Source of the DNA: Bacteroidia bacterium
GTDB taxonomy: Bacteria; Bacteroidota; Bacteroidia; NS11-12g; UBA955
Length of the DNA stretch: 64,000 nucleotides
Direction: 5' to 3'
Assembly (NCBI GenBank): GCA_038317095.1
Contig: JBBQBB010000010.1
Location: forward strand, 20-64,019
Shown here: piece by piece, positions 17,032 through 25,776 of the stretch
Position numbering within the stretch: position 1 is the stretch's first letter
How the letters are laid out: each line of letters starts with the position of its first letter
Notes under the pieces: model-generated
Told to the model about the DNA's origin: nothing
The model's input: the letters and a program-made list of their open reading frames with translations, nothing else
The model's database searches: none
Made by a program: the position numbers and the translations under genes

Positions 17032-17877
17032 ATGCGCATCTTTATTATTTTGGAAATCTTACTTAGCCCCTTATTGGCAAAAGCGTCGGCAATGCTGGAT
17101 ATACGTTCAAAAACGATTACTTTGAACAGCGCATTAGACTCAATGTATGCACTTAGTCCGCATAACGATCAGGAATTTCCAATCATCGACAATTTAAATT
17201 CTTGGATTGGAAAAGAAATAAATAAACAATTCAATATACCGGAGTTTGATGTTTTTAAATACCACACGTTGCTCAAATCATTTTATATCCATTGCTCGCC
17301 AGATAGCCAGGTATGGTATTTTGGCTGGTATTTAAACAATGGCGGAAGTTGGATGATGCAATACGATGGATTTTATTTTCAAAATAAAAACATGCATCGT
17401 TTTATGGGCGATTTTGCCAGCTTGTCTGGTGATTCATTGCCTGCTGAAGCGCGTCATTTTAATCCTCTTGCAAGTACCAGTGTGGAATACATTGTGCAAA
17501 TGCCGGCTAAAAACAAAATTTATTTGTGCAAGAATTTTCTGCGCACCTGTGGCACTTGCGGTACACTTTCACTCTCTGCTTTTACAATGAATGATTCAGG
17601 CTTTCCTGTTGCCTATAATGCTTTTGACACCACCGAGGTATTTGACACTGAATGCCGCCTGAGGCCAGAGAACAATTTGGATTACAATGAAAAGGAGCAA
17701 ACAATTACACTTAATTTACTTTTTGATGATTTAAACGAACTTTACCATTGGTTTACAATTAAAAAAGGACTGAAGGAACCAGAATTAAATCACCTTTTTA
17801 TTCAATACAAATGGATAAATAATAAGTTTGTTAAAAGCAAAATAAAACGCACAAAAATTCTTGTCGCAAACGAATAA
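17032..17877 (+). CDS. Hypothetical secreted protein
   Basis: 281 aa with an N-terminal signal-like segment (MRIFIILEILLSPLLAKASA). It is AT-rich and matches no family I recognise. Confidence 0.5.
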   Translation: MRIFIILEILLSPLLAKASAMLDIRSKTITLNSALDSMYALSPHNDQEFPIIDNLNSWIGKEINKQFNIPEFDVFKYHTLLKSFYIHCSPDSQVWYFGWYLNNGGSWMMQYDGFYFQNKNMHRFMGDFASLSGDSLPAEARHFNPLASTSVEYIVQMPAKNKIYLCKNFLRTCGTCGTLSLSAFTMNDSGFPVAYNAFDTTEVFDTECRLRPENNLDYNEKEQTITLNLLFDDLNELYHWFTIKKGLKEPELNHLFIQYKWINNKFVKSKIKRTKILVANE

Positions 17878-18819
17878 TTACATCATGAGTCCTATTTTTT
17901 TCAACGTCATAGGACCGGCAACCCCATCCACCTGCAATTTGTTTGCCCTTTGAAAATCTTCAACCGCTTTTTTGGTCATAGGTCCATAGTTTCCATCCTC
18001 ACCTACTTTGGGTTTTGCGCCTTTTTTATTCAGTGCTTCTTGTAAAAGTCTAACCCCCATGCCATTGTCTCCTGGGTTTAAAAAACTGCCCGTAGTAAGC
18101 AACATGGGTGGTGCTTCTTTAATGCGTACACATTCATCCATGGCGCCCAATAAGGCAACATTCACTTTTCCAGTTGCGTTAAGATGCTGATCTAGTTGAA
18201 ATTGTTTTATCATTTTTTCGGTTTGTGCACCAAAATCTCCATCCACCGTGATGGCGTAACCCAATTTCAATAATTTTTGTTGAAACCCAGCAATACCGCT
18301 TCCTACATCGCCTTTTTTATATTCCAATGGTACGGGTATTGGGTCAGCATTTCCATAAATACTGGGCGAAACAAAAGCTTGTACAACCGCGTAATATCGA
18401 ACCCTTTCCATCACTTGCCCGCCATTGCTATCATTGCCAAAAGAGGTATTGCCTTCAATGGAGGTAAAAGTACCATTCCCATTGTCTTTGATAAAAATAC
18501 CGGTATGATCTGCCAAGCGGTCTCCATTCCAGTCAAACAAAACAATATCACCACCTTGGGGCTTTTTGGAAACCTGCCCAGTGCGATTCCAATAATTGTA
18601 TGCGCTTGGGCAATAGTGGTAACCTTTGGCTGAATCCACTGTGCCGAGAGGTATACCCGCTTTGTTAAATACCCAACTCACAAATTCGGCACACCACGCC
18701 ACCCCGTCTATTCCGTACCAAGCGCCGTATTTGTTTCTGTTGCTATTCGGTGGGATTTCTCCAGTGCCAACTTCTGCCTTGGCTGCGGCCATTACTGCAT
18801 TTCTTCTTGCTTGTGTCAT
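17878..18819 (-). CDS. CHAP-domain peptidoglycan hydrolase with two C-terminal PG_binding_1 domains (endolysin-like)
   Basis: The CHAP catalytic context is present: YGAWYGIDGVAWCAEFVSWVF (Cys), LADHTGIF (His) and SIEGNTS. Two repeats of type G..V..LQ..L...G....DG.FG..T..AV..FQ follow. There is no signal peptide. Confidence 0.85.
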   Translation of the reverse strand: MTQARRNAVMAAAKAEVGTGEIPPNSNRNKYGAWYGIDGVAWCAEFVSWVFNKAGIPLGTVDSAKGYHYCPSAYNYWNRTGQVSKKPQGGDIVLFDWNGDRLADHTGIFIKDNGNGTFTSIEGNTSFGNDSNGGQVMERVRYYAVVQAFVSPSIYGNADPIPVPLEYKKGDVGSGIAGFQQKLLKLGYAITVDGDFGAQTEKMIKQFQLDQHLNATGKVNVALLGAMDECVRIKEAPPMLLTTGSFLNPGDNGMGVRLLQEALNKKGAKPKVGEDGNYGPMTKKAVEDFQRANKLQVDGVAGPMTLKKIGLMM

Positions 18820-18915
18820 AGGGTTTGATTTTAATTTATATTTACAATACTACACATTTAATTGGAATTAAAAAATTGCTGAATTCGGTGATTTTTTAAA
18901 CAATTGAAATTCTGT

Positions 18916-19104
18916 ATGTTTGAAAAATACAAAACCAATACAGCAGATGTTGGAAATGCCGACGCCATAATAGGCTATACCAAAGATCGGTATATTATTA
19001 GAAACAGTTGGGGCATAGAAGAGTGGGGTGACAAAAGCTTTGCATATGCATCAAACGCTTAAGCAGCGGCAGCGTTTATGGAACCGTATGGGATTGCGAT
19101 TTAG
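18916..19104 (+). pseudogene. C-terminal remnant of a papain-like (C1 family) cysteine peptidase
   Basis: It translates to MFEKYKTNTADVGNADAIIGYTKDRYIIRNSWGIEEWGDKSFAYASNA*AAAAFMEPYGIAI*. This matches the C1 C-terminal signature (H)A..IvGY....fIIRNSWG..WG..G, but His is replaced by Asp, there is an in-frame stop, and no catalytic N-terminal half lies upstream. Confidence 0.6.
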
Positions 19105-19109
19105 AATTT

Positions 19110-20015
19110 TTATTCATCAAATTTCAATTCGAAATTGGTTTTATATGCCTCTTCATTGTTGATGTAATATTTTACAATATACTTACCCAAAGGCAAATCG
19201 GCAGAACTGATCCAAAATTCGTATTTTACTTCTCCTGGACTTTTTTGATCTTGCAATTTTTGTTGCAATTTCACATTGCCATATTGATCCAGTATTTTTA
19301 TAACCAATGTGCCAGAATCTTCAGTATTAAATACGTCTGATACTTTAACAGACACTTTTTTCTGCACTTCCAATTGCTTCTTTGGGTTGTAAATTTGACC
19401 CCGCGTGGTTGGATCTATCCCGATTTCTGTTTTGGCAAAATTCATGAGATCTTTTTCCATTTGGGTATTGCCAGATAGCTCGCCATACAAATCCTTTTTA
19501 TTGGTAATGGCCCACAGAACGGATTGCGCTTGCGATGATTGGTATTGCTTCTTAGCTACCAATTCTGCAAATTTTTTCATTACACCATTCGCCATTTTAC
19601 CCAATCGATAGCTTCGGTCTTTTTGTGGACTTCCTTTGTGTAAAGCTGCACACATGGCGTTTAAATATCCTTTGAAAGTAGCTCCTGCAGCCAATACCCA
19701 AGTTTTATTGTCGGTAAAAAGAAGCGGCTGTATAGTGGTGTCTTCTGGCTTAAAAATATACCCGGCATCCAACTTCACAGTCATTGGCTTTGCTGTTAGA
19801 TTTCGCAATTGATAACTCACACATTTTCCGATATGCGAATTGGTATTCACACCATCTAAATTTCCAGTAGCAGAAAAAACAGCTTGTAATTGTCTATTTG
19901 CTATAGCATTTTCTAACAATATTCCTTGGCTTTTGATTTGCTGGTTCCCACAAATAAATGCAGAAAAAATCATTAAGCTTTTATATATTTGGTTAATGGC
20001 AGTTCCCCTATTCAT
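19110..20015 (-). CDS. Hypothetical secreted protein
   Basis: 301 aa with a signal-like N-terminus and a beta-rich C-terminal roughly 80 aa. No family recognised. Confidence 0.5.
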   Translation of the reverse strand: MNRGTAINQIYKSLMIFSAFICGNQQIKSQGILLENAIANRQLQAVFSATGNLDGVNTNSHIGKCVSYQLRNLTAKPMTVKLDAGYIFKPEDTTIQPLLFTDNKTWVLAAGATFKGYLNAMCAALHKGSPQKDRSYRLGKMANGVMKKFAELVAKKQYQSSQAQSVLWAITNKKDLYGELSGNTQMEKDLMNFAKTEIGIDPTTRGQIYNPKKQLEVQKKVSVKVSDVFNTEDSGTLVIKILDQYGNVKLQQKLQDQKSPGEVKYEFWISSADLPLGKYIVKYYINNEEAYKTNFELKFDE

Positions 20016-20111
20016 AAGTTTTAAAACGCAGTTTGGTTAAAAATATTGTAGGCCCTCATATCCATTCTCGTTTTTTTAGCTTACCGTTTGTAATAAATGG
20101 CCAATTCCGAT

Positions 20112-20119
20112 TATTTTTG
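20112..20119 (+). promoter_or_regulatory. -7 promoter box TATTTTTG upstream of cysS
   Basis: Exact TAnnTTTG match 7 nt upstream of the ATG at 20127. This supports the shorter cysS start. Confidence 0.3.
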
Positions 20120-20126
20120 CACATCC

Positions 20127-21602
20127 ATGTCGAACCTACATTTATACAATACTTTTACCAGAAACACGGAAGAATTCCGCCCCATTCACGAAAAATCTGT
20201 AGGAGTATATGTGTGTGGACCAACTGTTTACGGGCCTCCACATTTAGGTCATGTCCGCGGGCCCATTGTATTTGATGTATTGCGTAGGTATTTGATGCAC
20301 CTGGGGCATAACGTGCGATATGTGCGCAATATTACAGACGTAGGCCATATCGTAGGCGATGTGGATGATGGGGAAGACAAATTGCAAAAACAAGCGCGCT
20401 TGGAGCAAATACAACCTATGGAAATTGCACAGAATTATACTGTGGCTTATAATGAAGTGATGCGGTTGGTAAATGTTATTCCACCCAGCATAGAACCCAG
20501 GGCAAGTGGTCATATTATAGAACAAATTGAAATGATTGAGGCTATTATTTCTGTTGGCCTGGCCTATGAAGTAAATGGTTCTGTTTACTTCGATGTTTTG
20601 GGATATGCGTCTGCCAAAGGCGCCACATATGGTAAACTCAGTGGCAGGGTTTTGGAAGATTTAATTGCAGGCGCAGGAAATGAAGTACGCGAATTAGAAG
20701 GTCAGGACGAAAAGAGAAATGCAAATGATTTTGCCCTGTGGAAAAATGCATCTCCCGAGCACATTATGCAGTGGACAAGCCCTTGGGGCAGCGGTTACCC
20801 AGGCTGGCATATTGAATGCTCTGCCATGAGCCGCAAATATTTAGGGGATATTTTTGATATCCATGGGGGTGGCATGGACTTGCTTTTTCCACATCATGAA
20901 AGTGAAATTGCCCAAAGCACGGCATGCACAGGACACAACCCAGCAAAATATTGGATGCACCATAACATGATAACCATCAATGGACAAAAAATGGCAAAAA
21001 GTTTAAACAATGGCATACAAGTGATGGAATTGTTTGACGGAAATAATCCATTATTGGATAAAAGTTATAGCCCCATGACCCTCCGCTTTTTTATAATGCA
21101 AGCCCATTATAGAGGCACTTTGGATTTTAGCAACGATGCTTTATTGGCGGCAGAAAAAGGTTTACAAAGGTTGTGGAATGCAGGATATTTATTAAAATCT
21201 TTAGCTACTTCCAATGAAAATGAATACGAAGTTATTGACATTAAAAACAACATTCTCACTTCATTAAACGATGATTTAAATACCCCACAGGCAATTGCTC
21301 AATTGTTCGAAGCAGCCCGTGTAATCAATTTGGTGAATGATGGTAAATTAAAAATAAATGCCATTAATTTGCAATTATTAAATGAATTATTCGATGATTA
21401 TTTAATTCATATTTTAGGCATAAAAGAAGAAATTGTTGCTGATGATCCTTCATTGGACGGCCTTATGCAATTGCTTTTTGAAATGCGTGCCCAAGCAAAA
21501 GCGGATAAAAATTTCGCACTAAGTGACCAAATTCGCGATAAAATTACAGCATTGGGTTTCATAATTAAAGATGGAAAGGATGGGAGCAGTTGGGGGAGGT
21601 AA
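20127..21602 (+). CDS. cysS: Cysteine--tRNA ligase
   Basis: Class I HIGH motif (PPHLGH) and KMSKS-type motif (KMAKS) are present, along with the conserved CGPTVY and WHIECS segments. The Met at 20127 gives the canonical MSNLHLYNT start. Confidence 0.95.
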   Translation: MSNLHLYNTFTRNTEEFRPIHEKSVGVYVCGPTVYGPPHLGHVRGPIVFDVLRRYLMHLGHNVRYVRNITDVGHIVGDVDDGEDKLQKQARLEQIQPMEIAQNYTVAYNEVMRLVNVIPPSIEPRASGHIIEQIEMIEAIISVGLAYEVNGSVYFDVLGYASAKGATYGKLSGRVLEDLIAGAGNEVRELEGQDEKRNANDFALWKNASPEHIMQWTSPWGSGYPGWHIECSAMSRKYLGDIFDIHGGGMDLLFPHHESEIAQSTACTGHNPAKYWMHHNMITINGQKMAKSLNNGIQVMELFDGNNPLLDKSYSPMTLRFFIMQAHYRGTLDFSNDALLAAEKGLQRLWNAGYLLKSLATSNENEYEVIDIKNNILTSLNDDLNTPQAIAQLFEAARVINLVNDGKLKINAINLQLLNELFDDYLIHILGIKEEIVADDPSLDGLMQLLFEMRAQAKADKNFALSDQIRDKITALGFIIKDGKDGSSWGR

Positions 21603-21607
21603 TTATT

Positions 21608-21664
21608 GATGTTTGATGTGGGATGTTGCGGCGTTTGATGTTGCGAAGTGGGATGTTAGATGTT
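21608..21664. repeat. G/T-rich microrepeat: six GATGT(T/G) copies in 57 nt
   Basis: GATGTT occurs at 21608, 21622, 21637, 21652 and 21659, and GATGTG at 21615. The larger units GATGTTGCG and GTGGGATGTT each occur twice. It lies in the convergent cysS/OMP intergenic region. Confidence 0.8.
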
Positions 21665-21706
21665 TGCCATTTAATATTAGAAACTGACGGGAAATTAATT
21701 TCGTGA

Positions 21707-22411
21707 TCATTCAATTGTGTAGCCTATTCTCAGCCAAAAATTAGCAATCTTGTCGTTAAACAGAAACATATTGTTGGGCACATTTACTACATCCAGATGG
21801 TCAGTAACTGTTTGAATAAACTGTGCCTGCGCACCCAAAAACCAGTGCTGATTGAGTTTAAAATCCAAGACAAGACCCATTGGCACAACGAAATGGCGGC
21901 CTTCGTAAGTTTCGGTTACACTATTTCCATAGTTTGCATTTGGATTGATTGTCCCTAAACTATCCCTCTTATCCGTATATTTAAGGATGGAATTTGCAGA
22001 AATAAAACCAAAACCAAGTTGAATTGCCAAATTAATTTTTCTTTTATTTAAAATATCAGGTAAAATATTATAGCCCATTGATAAAGATAATTGCTGCGAA
22101 GTACTGATGAGTTTAAGGTTATTTTTATCATTTTCTATACCCACACTAGACGAAAAACCAATGTCATTAGCAGCACTTTTGTAGTTGCAGTTGGTTAACT
22201 GGATGGCCGGACGCCAATATTTCCCCAATTTCCATTCTGCAAACAATCCGACATGCGAGGCAAATTTATGCTTATTCAATTCGCCATAAATAAATCCTGT
22301 GCCAATATTTGCACCTAGCGTAGTCGGCCAAAATTTGAATGCGTTCTGGGCTCTAATATTTCCAATAAAAAGAAAATACATTAACACTGTTATTTTAAAT
22401 TCAATTTTCAT
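21707..22411 (-). CDS. Outer-membrane beta-barrel (porin-family-like) protein
   Basis: 234 aa with the signal peptide MKIEFKITVLMYFLFIGNIRAQ and an alternating beta-strand pattern. Confidence 0.55.
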   Translation of the reverse strand: MKIEFKITVLMYFLFIGNIRAQNAFKFWPTTLGANIGTGFIYGELNKHKFASHVGLFAEWKLGKYWRPAIQLTNCNYKSAANDIGFSSSVGIENDKNNLKLISTSQQLSLSMGYNILPDILNKRKINLAIQLGFGFISANSILKYTDKRDSLGTINPNANYGNSVTETYEGRHFVVPMGLVLDFKLNQHWFLGAQAQFIQTVTDHLDVVNVPNNMFLFNDKIANFWLRIGYTIE

Positions 22412-22488
22412 TTTCCAAATATAAGTTATATACTCTCATTTTCCAAATTACCCTATTTCCTGCTTACATAATCCCCTAACTTTGACGC

Positions 22489-23076
22489 ATGAAACTCTCC
22501 GTTGAATTGCAATGCGCTTCTTCTGTAGAATGGCTCGATTGTGTGATGCAAAATTTTGATGCTTTTTTGCAAGACCATGCCGATTGTGAACGCAAGGCAA
22601 GCAATATGGCAATGAGTTTTGTAGCTAAGTACCCGGATAGAACTGATATCTTGCCGGAATTGATTGATACAGCGCTGGAAGAATTGGAACATTTTAGAGA
22701 TGTTTATTCACTTTTGGCAAAACGCGGAAAAACCCTCAACCATGTGATAGATGAAGACCCATATATAAAACAAATGCTAAACTTCTGCCGCCATGGACGT
22801 GATGACCGATTCTTAGATCGCATGCTTTTGGCAAGTTTATTCGAGACCCGCGGCGCCGAAAGATTCAAACTCATCTGGGACCGATTAGATGAAGGTAGTG
22901 AAGAAAAAAAATTGTTTCACCGTTTGTGGGCATCTGAGGCTAAACATGCCCATATTTTTGTTAAAATGGCTCTAGGTTATTTTTCTGAAGAAAGGGTTTA
23001 TTCGAGACTTTTGGCGTTTGCTTCCGAGGAAGCCCGAATTATACAATCGCTGCCAATTAGAGCCGCGCTTCACTAA
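22489..23076 (+). CDS. miaE: tRNA-(ms[2]io[6]A)-hydroxylase, di-iron
   Basis: 195 aa. The motifs DHADCERKA, ALEELEHF and ASEAKHAH (ExxH pairs) and the overall length fit the MiaE family. Confidence 0.8.
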   Translation: MKLSVELQCASSVEWLDCVMQNFDAFLQDHADCERKASNMAMSFVAKYPDRTDILPELIDTALEELEHFRDVYSLLAKRGKTLNHVIDEDPYIKQMLNFCRHGRDDRFLDRMLLASLFETRGAERFKLIWDRLDEGSEEKKLFHRLWASEAKHAHIFVKMALGYFSEERVYSRLLAFASEEARIIQSLPIRAALH

Positions 23077-23646
23077 TTAAACTTTGGTTTTAAAACCCGC
23101 CCAAATAACATTTAACATTGGCAACAGGGTAATTTCAGTAATTTTGCTTTCCATCAAATCAGAATATTTAATTACATTAAAAACTTGACTTAACATGCAT
23201 TGAACCAAAAAATTAGGATCCATTTCATCCAAGAAGGATTGATTGATTCCAAATTGAATAAAATCATAAATTTCTTTGTAATACTCTCTGCTATCCAATA
23301 TTGTATTTTTAGAAACCGAATTGCCTGCTTCAGATTCTACCACAAAATACAATTCAACCGGATTGTTACCAAAATGGGTATACCAAGACAAAATAAGGTT
23401 TGTAAATTTTTTTTCGAATGATCCTTCTATTTTTAATGAAGCTAAGCCCAAATTCACTGCCCTTTTATGACAATACAAGAAAGTTTCTTGCAACATTGCC
23501 TCCTTTGAAGCAAAATAATGGTAAAAAGTACCCGCGGCAATGCCAGATTCTTTAGAAAGTTGGCCCATAGCAAGCCCATGTACACCGGTCTTTTTAATCA
23601 TACCCAATGCAGCTTTGTATATGTTTTCCTTTTTCTCTGCCCTCAT
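23077..23646 (-). CDS. TetR/AcrR family transcriptional regulator
   Basis: 189 aa. The N-terminal HTH segment GVHGLAMGQLSKESGIAAGTFYHYFASKEAM is typical of TetR_N. Confidence 0.85.
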   Translation of the reverse strand: MRAEKKENIYKAALGMIKKTGVHGLAMGQLSKESGIAAGTFYHYFASKEAMLQETFLYCHKRAVNLGLASLKIEGSFEKKFTNLILSWYTHFGNNPVELYFVVESEAGNSVSKNTILDSREYYKEIYDFIQFGINQSFLDEMDPNFLVQCMLSQVFNVIKYSDLMESKITEITLLPMLNVIWAGFKTKV

Positions 23647-23749
23647 ATTGTCATGAAACTGTCACAAATTTATAAACTATTGGCTTTATGCCAAACATAA
23701 TTATCAACATTTCATTGAGAACAAGCATCGTATTATGCTAAGTCAGGGT

Positions 23750-23757
23750 TATTTTTG
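23750..23757 (+). promoter_or_regulatory. -7 promoter box TATTTTTG upstream of the unknown gene pair
   Basis: Exact TAnnTTTG match 6 nt upstream of the ATG at 23764. Confidence 0.35.
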
Positions 23758-23763
23758 CAGAAA

Positions 23764-25776
23764 ATGAAACGTATATTTTCTATCTTATGGGTGGCTTCAC
23801 TCTGTTCCAATAGTATTGCCCAATATTCTTTTATTCCAAATAACCCAACCTATGTTATGTCCTTTAATTTGGGAACACTTGGAAAAAAAATTGACTTGAA
23901 TAAAATGTCAAATTACAAATTGTTAAAGTCTAAAGACAGCAACGAATACGTGAATTTTCAAGAACTAAACAGACGCATGATAGGCAACCTCAATGAAAGT
24001 GGCGCCGATATAAAACAAAAACTAATTGCCATTGGCACTAACGACAGCATGCGCGCAACGATGTATTTAATTCCATTGGTTTCCGCAAAAAAAGCAATTC
24101 AAGTGATTGAAAAATTCAACAAAGAAATTAAGTGGGAAGATCAAAGATTACGTCCATCTAAATCTGGTAAAGTGAATTATTTTATGTCTCCTAAAAATGC
24201 GTTGTATGTAGCAATTTTTTCGGATCTATGCGTCATAATGAATGGAAATTATTCTTATTACTATAACGACGACGAATACAAATATGACCGTGCTTTGGAT
24301 AGTGTAAGGTTGGTTATAGATAGAATCAGACAAATAAAAAACACCCATGAGCCCACCGGTACTGCAGAACCTCAAATACCCGAAATTGATACGAATCGAA
24401 TTGACTATGATAGCACTGCATATGTGCCAGATTACGTCGAAGAACCTTCCTACCAAGAATACCACTATGACGACGATTCTTTAATGAAAGCTTTCCGTGC
24501 TTGGTGGGAAAAACAAAGGGTGATAAAAGAAAATATTTTTTGGAGTAAAAAAGAGAACGGGGTAAAAAAATATTTAGAAGATATGCATAATTTGCCCAAA
24601 ACCAAAAAGGGTATTATCTATGAAAACAAAGAATTTGCAACAGAATCTGCGGTTCAGAAAGATGTTTTTCATTGGATGGATTATACATACGGATTTAAAA
24701 TGGTTGTAAAAGAAGCTGGCTCCTACTCTTATACTGATTCGATGGGCGAATATCAACGTCATCGTGATAGTTCCATTTACAATGAAACCGCATTGGGGAA
24801 GTTTTTAGGGGAACTTGTATTAATGGGGCACGGTGATTTTAACAATGGCAGCACCGATATGAATTACAATTTAAAAATGAGTGATTCCGTGCAAAAATAT
24901 TTAAACCAAATTACCGGGGCTTCTGTAAATATAAAATTATTTGATTACATAAAAACGCCACAAGTAGCTTCCATTACTTCTCAAAACCTTAAACATAGCG
25001 CACTTATTGATTTGTACTTCGCAGGCGTAGAACAATATAGAATTACAGCAGAAAAAAGCAGAGGAAATATGCAAATACGAAACAATTTTAACCAAATCGG
25101 ATTTACAGTAACAGAACTAATGTATACCTTAATGGATAAAGATATGCTTTACCACACATTTTCTGGCAATGCAATTAGCGCAGTAACAGGAATTGTCAAA
25201 TCCCGAACTTCATATCAATCTTGGGAATACGATGAAGAAGGCAATTATATAGCTACCACAAAATTTAAAGAGGATGAATATCCAAAGTTTGTTTCCATTT
25301 TTGAAACAGAAAATCAACAAAACTTAGACAAACTGTTGTTGCCCTTTATTAAAAATAGATTTCTAACAAGGAGAAACAACATCTATTATATCAAGGATAT
25401 TGGTACTAATTACCTTTATCCTATATTTATGGTAAAAACTGCCAATGCACTAATCGTTACCAATGATAGCTTATACACAAACCCAGATTACCTAAAAATG
25501 CCACCTGGATTAGACCCAAATTATGTAGAGACCATTGCAGCAATGCCAGTCTATTTTGAATTGAACGGAATCGGGTCTAGCAATCTCCTCCGAGAAATAA
25601 GTTTGATAAGTCCCATATTTAAGGATAAAGGCGTTGTAGCGTTAAATTCAATTAACAAAGCAACCATTACTTGTCAGAAATCGATGAATCATTTTAATAT
25701 CAATTTTGATTTTAAAAATAAAAACCGTTGTTCGCTGATTGACATGATGGAAATGCTTGATTTGATGTACGATTAA
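23764..25776 (+). CDS. Hypothetical secreted protein (670 aa from the ATG)
   Basis: The signal peptide is MKRIFSILWVASLCSNSIAQ, and the track start 23755 is TTG. There is an acidic, Tyr-rich middle segment. No family recognised. Confidence 0.6.
   Translation: MKRIFSILWVASLCSNSIAQYSFIPNNPTYVMSFNLGTLGKKIDLNKMSNYKLLKSKDSNEYVNFQELNRRMIGNLNESGADIKQKLIAIGTNDSMRATMYLIPLVSAKKAIQVIEKFNKEIKWEDQRLRPSKSGKVNYFMSPKNALYVAIFSDLCVIMNGNYSYYYNDDEYKYDRALDSVRLVIDRIRQIKNTHEPTGTAEPQIPEIDTNRIDYDSTAYVPDYVEEPSYQEYHYDDDSLMKAFRAWWEKQRVIKENIFWSKKENGVKKYLEDMHNLPKTKKGIIYENKEFATESAVQKDVFHWMDYTYGFKMVVKEAGSYSYTDSMGEYQRHRDSSIYNETALGKFLGELVLMGHGDFNNGSTDMNYNLKMSDSVQKYLNQITGASVNIKLFDYIKTPQVASITSQNLKHSALIDLYFAGVEQYRITAEKSRGNMQIRNNFNQIGFTVTELMYTLMDKDMLYHTFSGNAISAVTGIVKSRTSYQSWEYDEEGNYIATTKFKEDEYPKFVSIFETENQQNLDKLLLPFIKNRFLTRRNNIYYIKDIGTNYLYPIFMVKTANALIVTNDSLYTNPDYLKMPPGLDPNYVETIAAMPVYFELNGIGSSNLLREISLISPIFKDKGVVALNSINKATITCQKSMNHFNINFDFKNKNRCSLIDMMEMLDLMYD

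Noticed and set aside
17032-20015. Prophage or genomic island around the CHAP endolysin-like gene, suggested by an apparent GC difference.
   Set aside because: There are no integrase, holin, structural or repeat boundaries. Hand counts of 60-nt blocks gave about 38-55% GC for the CHAP gene, and the two housekeeping blocks counted (cysS, purD) gave about 47-48%, within that range. The flanking hypotheticals are the AT-rich ones, so the compositional argument does not hold without a proper computation.
21608-21664. GATGTT repeat region as a CRISPR array or minisatellite.
   Set aside because: The units are 6-10 nt with no spacer structure, the total length is under 60 nt, and there are no cas genes.
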